This document shows, piece after piece, positions 1 through 15,779 of a stretch of DNA of 64,000 nucleotides. Within the stretch, counting starts at the first letter, position 1. Every line of letters begins with the position of its first letter. The DNA is taken from NCBI RefSeq assembly GCF_009914755.1, contig NC_060934.1; one strand, 5' to 3'. The notes under the pieces are model-generated. The model ran no database searches. It had not been told where the DNA came from and saw only the letters and a program-made list of their open reading frames with translations. The position numbers and the translations under genes were made by a program. Source of the DNA: the human T2T-CHM13v2.0 reference genome, Homo sapiens.

Positions 1-92
1 TCAGGCTGGTCTCAAACTCCTGACCTCAGGTGATCCGCCAGCCTCTGCCTCCCAAAGTGCTGGGATTACAGGCGTGAGCCACCATGCCTGGC
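1..92 (-). mobile_element. Alu (left arm, cut by window edge)
   Basis: ctcctgacctcaggtgatcc...cccaaagtgctgggattacaggcgtgagccacc. Confidence 0.9.
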
Positions 93-189
93 AAAAAAAG
101 TTTTTCATATTTAAGTGTTAATGCAGAAGAGTAGAAAATACATAGAGGAATGTTAAGTTGCTCACTGATTCTCTCTTAATTTAATTTAA

Positions 190-303
190 AAAATTTTTTT
201 TGGAGATAGTGTTTCAATTGCCCAGGCTGGTCTCAAACACCTGGCCTCCCACTTCAGCCACCTGAGCAGCTGGGATCACAGATGTGAGCCACTATGCCCA
301 GCC
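190..303 (-). mobile_element. Alu monomer/FLAM-like remnant
   Basis: ttgcccaggctggtctcaaac...gtgagccactatgcccagcc. Confidence 0.75.
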
Positions 304-329
304 ACTGAATTCTTAACACACGTTTCTCT

Positions 330-1620
330 CTTTAAAAAAATATATAAAAATAAGATGCACATGGTTAAAAAACAGAAAGCATGCAAAAGAGTATGCAATA
401 AAGAGAAGTCTCTCAATGCAGACCTTCTGACCCATTCCCAAAAGGTCCCATTCTACACTGGAAAACTTCTGTATATTCTTTCTAGGATGTTCCTTGCATA
501 TACATGGATATGCTTTTTTCCCCCTAAAAAAAAAAAATACTAGTGTGAAAATATTAAACACTGCATTGTACCCTGCTTTTTCATTTAATGTTGCATCTTG
601 GAAGATTTTTCTCTAAAAAAACAGAGTTGTGTTACTTTTAATTGCATATTTTTCTGTGTCTTTCATAAATTATTTAAATAATAGTCCCTACTGATAATAC
701 AAATGTTCCTCAATGTTCTGCTATTTTAAAAACCTGCATAATTCTTATATACATATTTGTATGTATTTATGAGTTTATTTGTATAATAAATTCCTAGAGA
801 TACAATTCTTGAGTCAGATTTTTGCATATTAAACTCTTAACAATAATGCGAAATAGTCTTCCAAAGAGGCTTTACCAATTTACATTTCCACCAAAAGTGT
901 GAGAAGCTTGTTTCTTTATAGATTCACCAGAACTGAATATTGATCAAACCTTTCCAATTTCACTAACTAAAGTAAGTTAGCGGAAAAAAAGTTATTTTAT
1001 TTCTTAAATTGTGATATTGGGTATATTTTCATGTTTATAATCTTTTTTTTCTATGAACTGTCTGTTCATATGCTTTGTCCATTTTTCAACAGAAATTTAG
1101 GGTTATCTTTTTCCAATTCATGAAAGCTGATTATCAAGGAAAGCAAACTTTTGTCTTATATTTTCCAATTTTGCATTTTTTCCCCACTTACTTTTAGCTT
1201 ATGATATTTTACTGTACAAAGGTTTCCAAATTTTGTATTGTCATAGTCTGATATTTTCTTCCAGCCTGGGTGACAGAGCGAGACTCCGTCTTAAAAAAAA
1301 ACAATAAGGTAGTGGCTAGGTGGTCGTGCTTAGGCTCATGCCTTTAATTCCAGCATTTTGGGAGGCCAAGGTGGATGGATGTTACAGACCAGCCTGGATA
1401 ACATACCAAGATCCCATCTCTACTGAAAAAAAAAAAAAAAATTCCTAACATTAGGTATGGAGAAATCTACTCCTTCCTTACTGATCTGAAATGTCACCTT
1501 TCTACTAAACTTCTACATTTACTTCAGCTTATTTCTGGGCTCTGTTCCCTTGATCTGTCTATCCCTGCCACCAATGACAATCATTATTAATTACCATAGC
1601 CTTCTCATTCATTTTAATAT
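330..1620 (-). mobile_element. Old L1 (L1M-type) 3' region fragments with Alu remnants at 1261-1440
   Basis: T-rich reverse-complement L1 3' motifs (ccaatttacatttccacc, tgaactgtctgttcatatgctttgtccattttt). Confidence 0.6.
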
Positions 1621-1624
1621 CAGG

Positions 1625-2240
1625 TGATAGAGACAGAAGGCAGTCAAATGCCTAGGCAGACAGGGGTGGTTCTCCAGTGAAAGCCCACCTCCAGGCCCAA
1701 GACAGTTTAAAGCCTGAAAGCCAAGCTACAGGCAAATCCTTGGGCAGGACTGAGAACTTGTCTTCCCGTTTGGCACACTTCCCTCTGATTGACCCCCACC
1801 CTTCACCTATTTTACATATATCTACCCTTTCTTAATTGGTTTCCTACACTGTTATGCCCACCTTTGAGTAGTGTCCTTGCTTTAACCTTTTTTGTATATT
1901 CACAAACCAATCAGCATGCACTCCCCATTCTGAGTCCATAAAAGGCCTCAGACTCAGACACAAGGTGGGGGTGGGGGGAGCACCCCCACAACCCCTCTCC
2001 ACTGAAAGCTGTTTCATTGCTCAATAAAATTCTTCTCCACCCTCCTCACCCTCCAATGTTCAGCACATCCTCATTCTTCTTGGGCGCAGTATAAGAGCTT
2101 GGGAACTGCCAAATGCGGGTACAAGCTGTAACACAGGCGAGCTGGGGCACATCAGCATGGCCGAGCAAGGCCCGGGTGGGGCACTGCCAGCCAGGGGTCC
2201 CCAGCTTGCAAAGTGACCAAGAAGAAAAAATCCTACATCA
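1625..2240 (+). mobile_element. Solo ERV1 LTR (LTR9/MER61-like)
   Basis: TGATAG...CATCA termini, CCAAT box, CATAAAA TATA-like box near 1938, AATAAA near 2023. No clean TSD seen. Confidence 0.75.
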
Positions 2241-4630
2241 GTAGGGCCTCATACGTGAATTCTGATAGTTGAAATTCAGAGTAAGTCTGAAGTTCATTCT
2301 TATTTATCTTTTATAAGTTTTACTGGTTATTTTTTTTTACATAAATTTTATCAGAAGAGATTAAGTTAGCTGTCTTCCACATTTCATTTCTAAGTATTTT
2401 CCCCTTTTTAAATTAATAAAAACTTCAAGCTATTTTCACAACTGAAATTTTTAAATCAAAATTTAGAGCAAAAGTTGATTTGGCAGTATACCTTAAAGTC
2501 TTTGAAATAAATTAGCCATCTCTTTGAGACTCTGTAGTTTATATTCAATAATAAAAAATAATATAACTGTTTAACTCCCAAAATAAATTTTTCTGCATTT
2601 ATAGTGCTTTTCTCTCCTGGTATATTGTCCTATTGACATTTAAGACCTGAATGCACAGCATTTTAATGTACCCTTTCTATTCTTTGTAAGTAACTAGAAA
2701 CCATTAAAAAGAAATAGTATGAAAACTTCAGAAGTACTTAGAAACTCAAGTTAGTCTACCTCTTTTCAACTTTGTCTCAGGTACAGTAATGTTAAATTCC
2801 AAAATTGTAAGCAAAAATAAATGTCTTTATTTGACCTCTGTAACTTTCAGCAAGACCTTAGTTACAATTTATTTTCTAGTTTAATGACAATTTCTTGATA
2901 TTCATATAGACAGACTTCTAACAAAGACACTAATTTTGACAAATATTTAAAAAAATTTGTTTCTGTGATATCAAAAGAAACTTTGCTTATTATGGCACTA
3001 GTAGGTTAACATTTCAAACTATTTTCTTTAATATACTTTTCCAACAAAACAGTACCAAAGTTCAAAGAATTTCTATCTTCTGGACAATAAAAACAATTTA
3101 CATAACAAATTCTCAAAAGTAACTACAAAGCAAATTCAAGCTCTTAATCTATAAGAAAAGCTGTAGTTAAGCTTTACAATCTAAGATCCCTTATTTGAAT
3201 CCTGCTAGCTGAAAGAGTAAGTTTGAAGTTCGTTTATTCTTAATTGACACAGACCTCTTAAACCCCAGGATCCTACCATAAGGTGTAAGAAAGCAACAAT
3301 GGCAATACAGAAAAGCGTGAATCACCTTCCTGTCTTAACTATTTTTGTTTTAATAAACTAGCTATTTACCTTTTGATTCAAAATTATGATAAATTAGACT
3401 TTTGTTTTTATTACTCACGCACCTAACCAACATGCTTATCTGGTAAATGCCATTAAAATGGCAGACATGCAAGTCAAGAAACCTATTTACCCAGGCTTAA
3501 TTCCTTTATCCACAAATAGGCCCTGTCTTTCAGCTCTGCTTCCATACCTGGTCTCTACTGAAAACTTTAAACAGCAAGAATAAGGAGTCGGCTCGCACGG
3601 AAATAAAATGTTTGCTCTATCAGTACAGGACATTTAGTTAACACACTCCTGATCAATAGCCCATGATAGGATTTCACCAAAATGATACAATGTAACTACT
3701 ACCTCCCAGGCTTACACTCTTCCCAGTAAGTTAATTCTGCTATCCTAGATGCACTTATTCCTAATGTCATCAACAATATTTTTCCTTAGTTTCATGATTC
3801 ATAAAGGAGTTTTGGCACTTAAACCAAAAGAAAAGCCTTTTTATACATTTCTTTCTTGGTAAAAGGCAAAAACCAGTTTCTTTGGCATTACATTGACTAG
3901 AAAACTCGTACTATTAAAATTGTTGTCAGTAACCAAGAAATAAGTGTAAATGAAAATCAGGAAGCACTACATGGTCTTTTGGAAAGTGCCTTCTAAATTA
4001 AAGACAGGGGTAGTTTTGTTTTGTTTTTGTTAAGTGCATTTTATGGAAAATAACATTTTTAAGATTGCTATCTACATACAGCAAGCTACATGCTACAGAA
4101 GGTAGGATCAACCTGAACATCTCATTCACTAGTCTAATAAAGAAGAACGGGGATCATGGTTTCTAAGGGCTCCTCCATTCAACAGGAGCACTAACATTAA
4201 GATTCTATGACTCTCGATATTTAAAACAGGGAGGAAGCTGATCAACAAAGTCACAGTCTACAGATTATACTCATAGCATAACTCTCCAAATAAAACAGAT
4301 CATCAGAATGGCAGCAATGTTTTACTGTTCTATTTTTATGGAATGATTTACTTGGCATTTTACTTTCTGAGGACAAGAAATCTTACATATCTTTATATTT
4401 CTGGAACCAAACACAGTGCCTTCCACATAGCAGAAATAAAATAAGTACTCATGTGGGTGACTGCTAATCTTAATGCCTACTTGTCTATTCAGCAATTGTT
4501 ATGGAATTTCAAAGCAGAAAAAGGGGAAATAATTAAAGTTCTTCTATGTCAACAACTATCGCACATTACTGAAATAACTTAATTTCCATTTCTAACACAA
4601 ATGTAGTAAAAGAAAAACAGAATATGCTTA

Positions 4631-4822
<192 letters not shown>

Positions 4823-5076
4823 TCAATCTGGGAAACCAGGGAAAGACCTTCCACCATAATTTGAAACACAAACAGAAGGAATTCAAAATTCATACTGAGA
4901 TTCACAATTAACAAAAAAAAAAAAAAAAGCAAGACACGTACACTCTGAAGGTAAGACTTCCACCTTTGTTCCAAAATCTGCTATGTAAAACTGAAGTTTA
5001 GCCATCTGCAAAAGCTGTGTAACCTCAACACGTTAATTAAAAGGCTTCTTCTTTTACTGCATAAAAAGGTGCACTA

Positions 5077-5484
<408 letters not shown>

Positions 5485-5760
5485 TCAACTAAGTGGTATA
5501 GGCTTAATGTACTATTAGAATGGCTAATGAAATTTATAATTACCTTAAGCACAGAAATATTCTGATTTCTATGCTAACTTGGTTGTAAACCACTTCTGTA
5601 GCTAATTATAAATATTAGTTAGAAAGCATGGACACAAATGACCCATATACACCTTCAGCTCTGTAGAGCAGTAAAACACAATGCATTCCTCTATTAACTC
5701 ACTTTTACAAAATACCAAATCATAAAACCATCAAGAGAGAACACTACCAACTTTTTTATA

Positions 5761-6555
5761 TGTTATAGACTGAATAGAATATAGACTGTGTTCCTCGAAA
5801 ATTCCTATGTTGAAGCCCTAAACCCCTAGTACTGCCATACTAGGAATAAGGAAGTAATTAAGGCTACACGAAGTCACAATGGTAGAGCTGTGATCTATAG
5901 GATTAGTGTCCCTAGATGAAGAAACACCAGAACGCTCAGGTTCTCGCTCCTCCCATAGGGCTCAGAAAAAAGGCCATGTGAGGACTGCAGTGAGAAGGCA
6001 GCCATTTACAAGCCAGAAAGAGGGCCCTCACCAGGAACCGAATAGGAAGCACCTTTGTCTTGGACTTCCTAGCCTCCGGCACCATGAGAAACAAATTTCT
6101 TTGTTTAAGCCACCCAGTCTATAGTACAGTTGACCCTTGAAAAACCGGAGAGTTAGGGGAGCCAACACCCAAAACACAGTAAAAAATCTGTGTATAACTT
6201 TTCACGTCCCCCCAAATTTAACTACCAATATTGCCTACTGTTGACCAGAAGTCTCACTGATAACATAAACCATCAGTTAACACATATTTTGTATATGTAT
6301 CATTTATACTGTATTCTTACAATAAAGTAAGCTGGAGAATATTAACAAAATCATCAAGAAGAAAAAATATATCTATTCATTAAGTGGAAGTATATCATCA
6401 TAAAGATTTTCATCCTTATCTCCAACAGTGGGAAAAGGGTTGGCCTTGCTGTGTCAGGGGTGGGAGAAAATCCGTGGATAAGTGGACCTACACAGGTCAA
6501 ACCCGTGTTGTTCAAGGGTCAACTGTATTTTGTTGTGGCAGCCCAGTCGAAGACA
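5761..6555 (+). mobile_element. MaLR LTR (MLT1A-like) interrupted by Tigger2a
   Basis: tgttatagactgaat...atgttgaagccctaa start; tttaagccacccagtctatagta|ttttgttgtggcagccc...aagaca end. Confidence 0.75.
6127..6525. mobile_element. Tigger2a-type non-autonomous DNA transposon
   Basis: TIRs CAGTTGACCCTTGAA / TTCAAGGGTCAACTG with TA duplication on both sides. Confidence 0.88.
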
Positions 6556-7109
6556 CTGTGTTTTACAGAAGTGCATCCATGCATGATTTCATTCTATTCT
6601 CTAAAGCTAAATTAATTAGGTCCCATTTTAACACTAAAGAAACACCTAAATGGCCAGTAATTTGTCTAAGACTAGACCGTTAGCCAAATGATAGATCCAG
6701 GTCTTCCAACTAAGAATTCATTCCTGGGTCAGAGTGTTGGGGGACGAGCATGGTACAAAACACAATGCAAACAAAACTGATTCTACACAAGAACTAACTT
6801 GTGGCAGCCCCACAGCTTATCAATCATATCTTACACATAAAGTCTTGCTTTCAAATAAGGATATTAAGAAATGCCACATGGAAGGATTCCTAAATATTAA
6901 ATTTTAAAACATGAAATTATAAGACCACTTCAGCTAAGCTGTTTCATAAATGTCCAAATATTTTGATACTATTTTCAAATAAGATTCAACTCATATTTCA
7001 GTTCTACTTAGAAGCTTATATATATGTAAAGAATTGTCTTTATTTTTTCTAATTCATCATACTTACAGGTCTGGTGCACGCTAGGTGCTTTTATTTACAT
7101 TTCTTTTTT

Positions 7110-7454
<345 letters not shown>

Positions 7455-8302
7455 TAGTCCTTCTAACTGCCTATAAATTGAATGTTATTTCCATTTACAG
7501 ATGAGGTGATTGGGGCTCAGAAATAGTCACCTGTCTACAGTTCTACAGTGAATAAACCCAAGACCTACAACTCAAAGCATGATCAATCCAAGGCCTTCTA
7601 CACCTACTTAAATTCTCTTTTGGCACTCTGAAACCTTTTCACAAACTTCTCAACGTAGGGCACAACTGTCTACACCTCTGGTTGCACAGCAAAGAACAGG
7701 ACTGACAATGGGAATACTAGCACTCCCCAAAAGACATAAGGCCTCCCTGACTGTTCTTTCTACCTAACCATCTCTCTCTGCACCCACTAAGCTGGCTAAC
7801 TTCTCCTAGTCATTCCTTCAAAAATATCTGAACTACATGGCCCTTCAGTGGGGCCCCACTGCACTCACTTCCCTCACTGGGTAGTCTGCCACTACCTTCA
7901 AACCCCTGGAGGGCAATATTTGTGTCTTATCTGTATATCTCCGGTGCTGACCGCAGTGCCTAGAACATAGTAGATAAAGAATGCATTGTTTTGCAAGGAA
8001 AGGGTCTTGTTCAAATCTAAACTTTGACTCTAAATCTAATTTAGCATTATTTAAATCTAAATTCCTACTTAACAAGGCTGTATGACATTAGGGAATTCAT
8101 TTTGCCCTCTAAATTTCAATTTCCATATATCCAAAATAGGAAAAATACTAGCTGTGGTACTTCTAAGATGTGAAGGAAATCAAAGAAAATAGTGTGTGTT
8201 TTGAAAATGTCAAGTATTACACATGTATATGCAACTAGTAAGTAAACTCCTTTCTGAATTAACTACCCATTTGTCTAATGCTTCAAAAGAAATCCAACAA
8301 CA

Positions 8303-8595
8303 TTTTTGTTTTTGAGATGGAGTCTTGCTCTGTCACCCAAGCTGCAGTGCAATGGCATCATCTCGGCTCACTGCAACCTCCGTCTCCCAGGTTCAAGGGA
8401 TTGCTCTGTCTCAGCCTCCTGAGTAGCTGGGATTACAGGTGTGGGCAACCACACCCAGCTAATTTTTGTATTTTTAGGAGAGACAGGGTTTCACCATGTT
8501 GGCCAGGCTGGTCTTGAACTCCTGACCTCAAGTGATCCACCCACTTCGGCCTCCCGAAGTGCTGGGATTACAGCCGTGAGCCACCGCACCTGGCC
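8303..8595 (-). mobile_element. AluS
   Basis: Reverse-complement dimer; aacattttt flanks. Confidence 0.95.
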
Positions 8596-9337
8596 TAATA
8601 ACATTTTTAAAAGCATTCTTTGTTAACTAAAGAACTTGGTGAAAATGGTTCCATGTTATAGGCAAACTTTTAACTATAACTAATGAACGGAATCATATGT
8701 AACATCTTCCCCTAAACTGCTTTGAAGAACTCTAAAAATGGTATTTCGGCATTCAAAGAAATAAATTTTAGAAGTATTACGTGAAAAAAAATCTTAAAAG
8801 CTGTTGCATTAAAATAATGTTGTTTTTACAAAAGATCACTTTATCCAGAAGTTAAAAGTATAAACATTGATCAAAAAGTACATTTACAGCAGACAGAATA
8901 AATAAAATTGAATTCCTTGTTCAAGAACTCCCAGTCTCAAAGACTATGCGTATTAAAAAGTACTTTCTGTACTGAATCAAATGTCAGAACACAGCTTTTT
9001 CTACAAAGTAAAAAAGTATATTTCATGTAGCCCTTATTCAAAACCTTTTAAATGACAGGACTATAAATTTTAGCAGTCTTCTAAAATAAACCTAAACTCC
9101 TTCCTAGGAACCTAGAAATGTCATTTAAGAAAAAAAAACCTAATCAAATTGTTTCTCCTTAAAATTTAAGTTCAATACACTCTAGGCCCCATTGGGGAAA
9201 CTGTTAACTATTTGATTTACCTTATTTCAACATGACAGTATTTGGCTTGGACATTCAAGTTTTTACCCCTGAACAAGCAAGCTTTGCTTTTTCCCCAAAG
9301 AAAACAAGAAAAAAACTGCCAGAAAAATAATAACCAT

Positions 9338-10724
9338 TGTTACAAGATCTTTGGGGTGTTGTTTTTCTGGCCAGAAACCCCTCTGGCAGGTGGCGCCTTT
9401 ACCTGAGTTTTGCTCAGGCCTACTGGGCTCATTTTGCCCACTCGACCTGGCAGGCTGCACTCGGCTCATGCTACTGGCCTGGGTCCCACAGCTGCCAAGG
9501 GCAAGTCAGTACGTGGTGGTGCCTGGAAGCTTGAAACTCTAAGAACCAAAGGGCCCCAAAGGGCCCCAAAGAGGGAGTCACAGCCCTGGCTCAGGGAGCT
9601 CCCAGGCTGGGGCTTCCCGAAGGGCCACAGCTCTTCTTTCCTTCTCTTCACCCGCAATGTGGCAAGCAAGTGGCATGTCTCAGCCCTGTTTGTGTTACAA
9701 CTCTTTTAGCCTTGCCATTCAGTGGGTCCTGAGTTCTTGTCCTGTGACCAGAAGAAAAGGTACGCAGACAAGTGGAGGAGCAAGACAAAGAGGAGCTTCA
9801 CTGAGCAACAGAACAGCTCAGAGGAAAGCTGCAGGGAGTAGCTCCTTTCCACAGCCAGGGTGTCCGGACAAGTGTTCAGCTCCTAGCAGAAAGGGTAGCT
9901 CCTCTCTGCAGCTGGTCGTCCCACTGTGTGCACAGCTCTCAGCAGAAAACAGGCCCTAAAGTGAGTGGCTCCTCTCTGCAGCTGGTCATCTCAACAACTG
10001 TTCAACTCTGGGTAAGCCCAGGGCTTTTATGGGCCCAGAGGGGAGGAAGTACGTGCCCACTGGTCCATGGCCAGCCACAGGCAAGCTGGAAAAGGCACCA
10101 CAAGTTCCCACTCCAGTCTGTAGGACTGGCAGCCTGGCTCCCAGCCTTCAGGCCCTCCTTAGCTTGAAGGTGGAGGCCTCACTGGGGACCTGCCCTCTTC
10201 CACCCAGGAACCTGTCTGCCTCCTGCTGCCATTCATGGCGCCCAGGCTGTAGGTGCCAAGGGGCGCCTGCAGGCCAGCGCCAAGCTGCCCTCAGCACCCC
10301 TCGGCTTCCTTTCTGTGCTTGTCAGTGCCCAAAGTCCGGAGGGGGCCGAGGCAGCAGAGGGCTAGTGTGTTAGCACTGCCCTCAGCGTGTGCACAGCTGG
10401 CCAGGCTGCGACAGCACCTGGGCTCGCCCCCAACTTTGCTCCAAGATCAGAGTCAGTGCCGACAACTTGGAGAAGCCAGGCAGTAGTAACAGACACTTCT
10501 GAGCCTTCGAGGGCAGGGGGTCCTTCCTGGGCCCCCAAGAATGCAGGGATGCCTGAGTCCACAGCTGTGGATTGGGTGGCTGCAGCAGCACCCAGTGTGC
10601 TCCCACCCCAACTCAGAAGAGGCTCTTGCCGGCTCCATGGAGCATGCAGCCCCACCTGTTGACGCCTCCCTGCTACAGCAGCGTGATGGCAGTGGCCACT
10701 CCAGATGGGCCGCCACTGCCATCA
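9338..10724 (-). mobile_element. Solo ERV1 LTR, MER52 family
   Basis: Minus strand starts TGATGGCAGTGGC and ends GATCTTGTAACA. 4-bp TSD CCAT at 9334-9337 and 10725-10728. GC-rich body explains the cluster of spurious ORFs. Confidence 0.88.
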
Positions 10725-11055
10725 CCATTACTCCAAACTTGCTCCAATTTTTCTTAACAGATCTGGATTCCCTGAATTTTGTAATATAACTGTGTGAGAA
10801 TATTTTTTAAATAATGAGTAATGTATTCATCTGGTTTAAAATTCAAATGAGTTCAAATGGGTTTAGAGTAAGTTTTCCTTTCATTCCTTCCTCCCTGAAC
10901 CAACCAATACTTTTTATATCCTTCCAGAAGAACTTTATGCCTATACTAGAAAATAAATGTCCCATTTATAGTTCTTTATACACAAATGCTAAGGTATAAT
11001 CACACATACCTGCAACTTTCCCTAACAATGTATATCTTGTAGTCAGTTTTATTCC

Positions 11056-12180
11056 AGTGGTTCTCGCTAACTTTTGGTCTCTGGAAACCTTTACATTTCT
11101 AACAACAACTCAAGATTCCAAAAAGCTTTTTGTTTATATGCAGGTTGTATCTGTAAGTATTTACCATAATAAAAATTAAAACTAAGTTCTAAAAATACTT
11201 ATTAATTCATTCTAAAATGACAATAACAAACTCATCACCATCTTATTTTTATAAAAAATAACTATTTACCAAAACAAAATTTAGTAAGAGGAGTGTCACT
11301 GTTTTTACATTTTTGCAAGTCTCTTTAGAGCCTAGCTTAATAGAAGACAGCTGGATTCTCATATCTGCTTCTGCAATGAAATCAGTTGTGATGTGTTATT
11401 TTCTGAAACGATCAATGAATGTTTTGTACTCTATTCCATTAAAAACCACGGGTCTATCTTCTACTTTAAATGGATCTTTTCTGTATACATTTTATTACAT
11501 CACACATTGGTCATTTGGAAAATACTGATTCTCTGAGTTATGTAGATCTTCCCAATGTTGATTTCATTAGACGGTATCAAAAAAATACATCTCTGATGAG
11601 ACAGTATTAACACCTATCTCATCAGAAATCTTTTTAAGTATTGGGAAGCTATCAAGGTCACAGTGGTAGATATAAATTTTCCAAAATTTTAATTTTCACT
11701 TCAAAGCACAAGTTTCATTATTGGCAACAAATACTGTCAGTCATTTTCCTTGAAGTGACAATCTTAGTTCACTAATTTCTGAGAAAATGTCTGTCAAATA
11801 CCAAAGTCTAACCGTAGTTTGTCAGTCATTTTTTCAAGTGAAAATACCGTTCTATGCAGAAAAGCAGGGTTAGTTCAAAATTCATACAATCACATAAGCA
11901 CCTTTTCTCAAAACCACCACTGTACTCTGGTATGCGGTGTCCCATTTCTTTACATAAAATATTTTTTAAAGTATAAAGTCACAATTTAATAAAATTAATA
12001 ATTTTCTCTGTTTCATCTGGGACATTCTTAATGAAAATGGCTTCCTCACCCCGCAAGCATGTGGAAATGAAAATTCATGCTAAGGCACCAGCGTCTATCC
12101 ATCATTACTTACAGACCCCCCTGAAAGGCTTTTGGGGACCCTCCGAAGTCCTCAAAACACACACACTTTAGGAATATCTA
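11056..12180. mobile_element. hAT Charlie1-type DNA transposon remnant
   Basis: cagtggttctc...ttttggtctc...ctttaca...aaagcttttt start; degenerate cacacttt..gaa end. Confidence 0.75.
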
Positions 12181-12679
12181 TTTCTGTAAGATGCTTGAAT
12201 GTACTATTTATTTAATCAGAGGTCATATTGATAGCTTCGTGCTAATCCTTTGTTACCAGATTGTTGCACTGAGTAACTTCATATAGATGTTATAGACAAT
12301 AATTTCAAAACAACCTTTAAATTAAAAAAGGTAGAACTAGATAATAGTCTTATGCATAATTATATTAAAAATAATTTCAGTTGTCCAGTTTAAATAGTGA
12401 AATCTGCGAAATACCACTAAAAATATATATATACACATACATGGTCCTAGTGTGAGAAATGCCTTACAGCAAGAAAGGAAAAGACAGATTTGATATACAT
12501 ACCACACCTTCACAGAAGGGAAGGGGAAAGAAAGCTTGTCATCTTTAACTTTCAAAGCTAAACAAGGAAGGTTGATTGGTCAGTCACCCGAATTTGATGT
12601 ATATTAATAATTTTAGAAGAGGATTATTTGTTTAAATAATTTTACTAGTCAAGAGACTTAAATATACTATCATGTGGGT

Positions 12680-12862
12680 CAGTACTGCCCAAAGGAACTT
12701 TCTGTGGTGATGGGAATGTTCTAAATCTGCACTGTCCACTATGGTAACCACTGGCCACGTTTGGCTATTGAGCCTTGGAATATGATTAATTAAACTAAGG
12801 AACCAAATATTTACTTCATTTTAATTGTAATAGTTACACATAACTAACTGGACAATGCAGAT
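12680..12862. mobile_element. MER3 (hAT MITE)
   Basis: aactttctgtggtgatgggaatgttctaaatctgcactgtcc...tggccac...ggctattgagc. Confidence 0.75.
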
Positions 12863-13171
12863 GTAAAATACAAACGAGTTCTACAATTTCATATTTATAT
12901 CCCTCCTCCTCTACCTACCCCCATCCTCGTCCCCAGCCAACCGAAATGAAACATGAAAAAAATTAAGAATATGTGCTTTTATCTTCACAAAAGCATTCTG
13001 GTTGTCTTCAAATAAGTAAGTGACTTTTGCATGCTAGAATGAAGTAGACAAGAAGGGATGGAAGAGAAGGACCTACTAAACATGACAAAACATGTATCTT
13101 TGTAAAAGTAATGTACGTTCATTGAAATTTTTAAAAATTTAAAATGCAACTATGGAAAAATAACCACTACC

Positions 13172-13600
<429 letters not shown>

Positions 13601-13771
13601 CTATAGATCGTCATCATCTCTCCCAGGTCAAATTTCTTTCTATAACCTAATTTTAACAACTGTTTGGACACATCATTGCCTATTTCATCAGTCCCGTGTC
13701 ACTGGATACTTAGGCTATGCTTTGCTGTTTATGTTATCCAGGTCTGCACGGATACTTCTAATTCAGACTAG

Positions 13772-14117
<346 letters not shown>

Positions 14118-15594
14118 CACTATCTTATTCTTAAACATAAGCTACACTGCACTCCCTGCTTAAGAGAGACTAGGTTCAGGAACAATGGTACATTTCCATA
14201 CGCCAGTGGACCTCAAAGAATGCTTCTCTCCGAATCACCTGAAGGGACTGGTAATGACGCAGATTCCTTTGCCACACTCCAAAGTCTTGATTCAGAAACT
14301 TTCCAGAGGTGTGTATTTTTAGTGAGAACTTCAGGGAAGTCTGTAAACAGCTGGCCCACCTGTTAAGCATTTAGGAACCCTACACCTTAAGCCTCTTCCA
14401 AGAAATGAGAGGAGCTCTACAGGAAGGAAGTCTGCAGGATTCAAGAGAAAACTGAGCAGTAATCACCCATGTAACACAGGCATTTACTGCAGGACAATTT
14501 AGCTGCAAACTGCACTGAAATCAGTAAAAATATGATGCACTAACATTTTAACATTAACATAGGTGAATTTTTCCTCTTAAAAGTTAATGGCTTCTTGACT
14601 AGTATCAAATTCAGGGAGTATAAAGTTATCAAAATATAACTCAAGTTCCCCCTCAGCTTAGAATGCAGAAAGCTGTGAAAGAACATCACTCCCACTCTTA
14701 TGGTAAGAAAAAGCTGGTTAACCAAAATAATCATAATTTTTCGAGCTCATCAGACACCTAAGGTTTCTTTAACTTACATCTGCAATGTTCAACTAGGTGA
14801 GAAGAATTTCAGAGTGACAAGCTCCTCTAAAAAAAAATAAAGGACACATGGACTATTTCTCTGTTGGTGATGGTAGTCATAAAAGCAGATAAGCAAACAA
14901 CAGAAATTGTAATGAATCATTAAAGGCCAAGTGTGAACTAACAGTGTAGAATCCCTGGGAGGCTTCAACACAAGGGCAGTCAGCACCAGCACCTCCTCTC
15001 CAACTCTTTTCCATGGGTTTCCACTGGGTCATCAAGAGAAGGACTGGGGGCAGTGAAAGAAATCTGAGAGGCCATCCTCCATAGCAAGATGTGCCGGGCT
15101 TAGTAAGACCTGAGGATGAAGCAGGAATACCTAAAGAAGCCGATGAACACATCATGGGGTCCTCCATGACAAAAAAGGTGGTGATTAACTGCCAATGGAA
15201 GACATGAACAAAAACTGCCTGTGCCCTAGAACCTACCCAGATTCAAAGCAAAAGCCATTTGCTGAAAGGAAGGGGTAAGAAACCCTGCAACCTGGTGACC
15301 CTTCTTTGACCTTAGGCAAAAACTGTCTACCACTGGAAGACAGGCAGGTGATCCTCCAGCCCTCCTGACAAGCAAAGGTCAGCAACCATTTTCAGGATGG
15401 TAGAAAATCCACTCATGCCCAGGTTTCCACACTGTTATGAAGCAAAAATATACTGCTGCTGATGGAAGCACAGGAAACTTGCTTACTCCCAAGGTTCCCC
15501 AAAGATACAAGGTAAAATTTGGTTGCCACAGGGTGTGTGGGGGGCAGGACAGGGGAGGGGAGAGTCGGGGAGGGAACTCACCTGCACACCAAAC

Positions 15595-15779
15595 CAGAGA
15601 TCAACAAACTAGAGGCTGTGGGCCAAATCTTGTCTACACCCTGTTTTGATTAAGTACAGTTGTTTTGAAACACAGCAATGTCCATTGTTTATGTAATCTG
15701 TGTGGCTGCTTTCACCTGCACCAGCAGAGTTAAGCACAGGAGCTAGACAAACACCACACGGCCCGTGAAGATATTTACT
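15595..15779. mobile_element. MER58A, lacking its distal end
   Basis: caacaaacta...gtgggccaaatc...gaaacacagcaatgtccattgtttatg...gatatttact, then an Alu tail. Confidence 0.7.

Noticed and set aside
9263-10789. Dense cluster of overlapping 60-115 aa ORFs
   Set aside because: They lie essentially within the GC-rich MER52 LTR.
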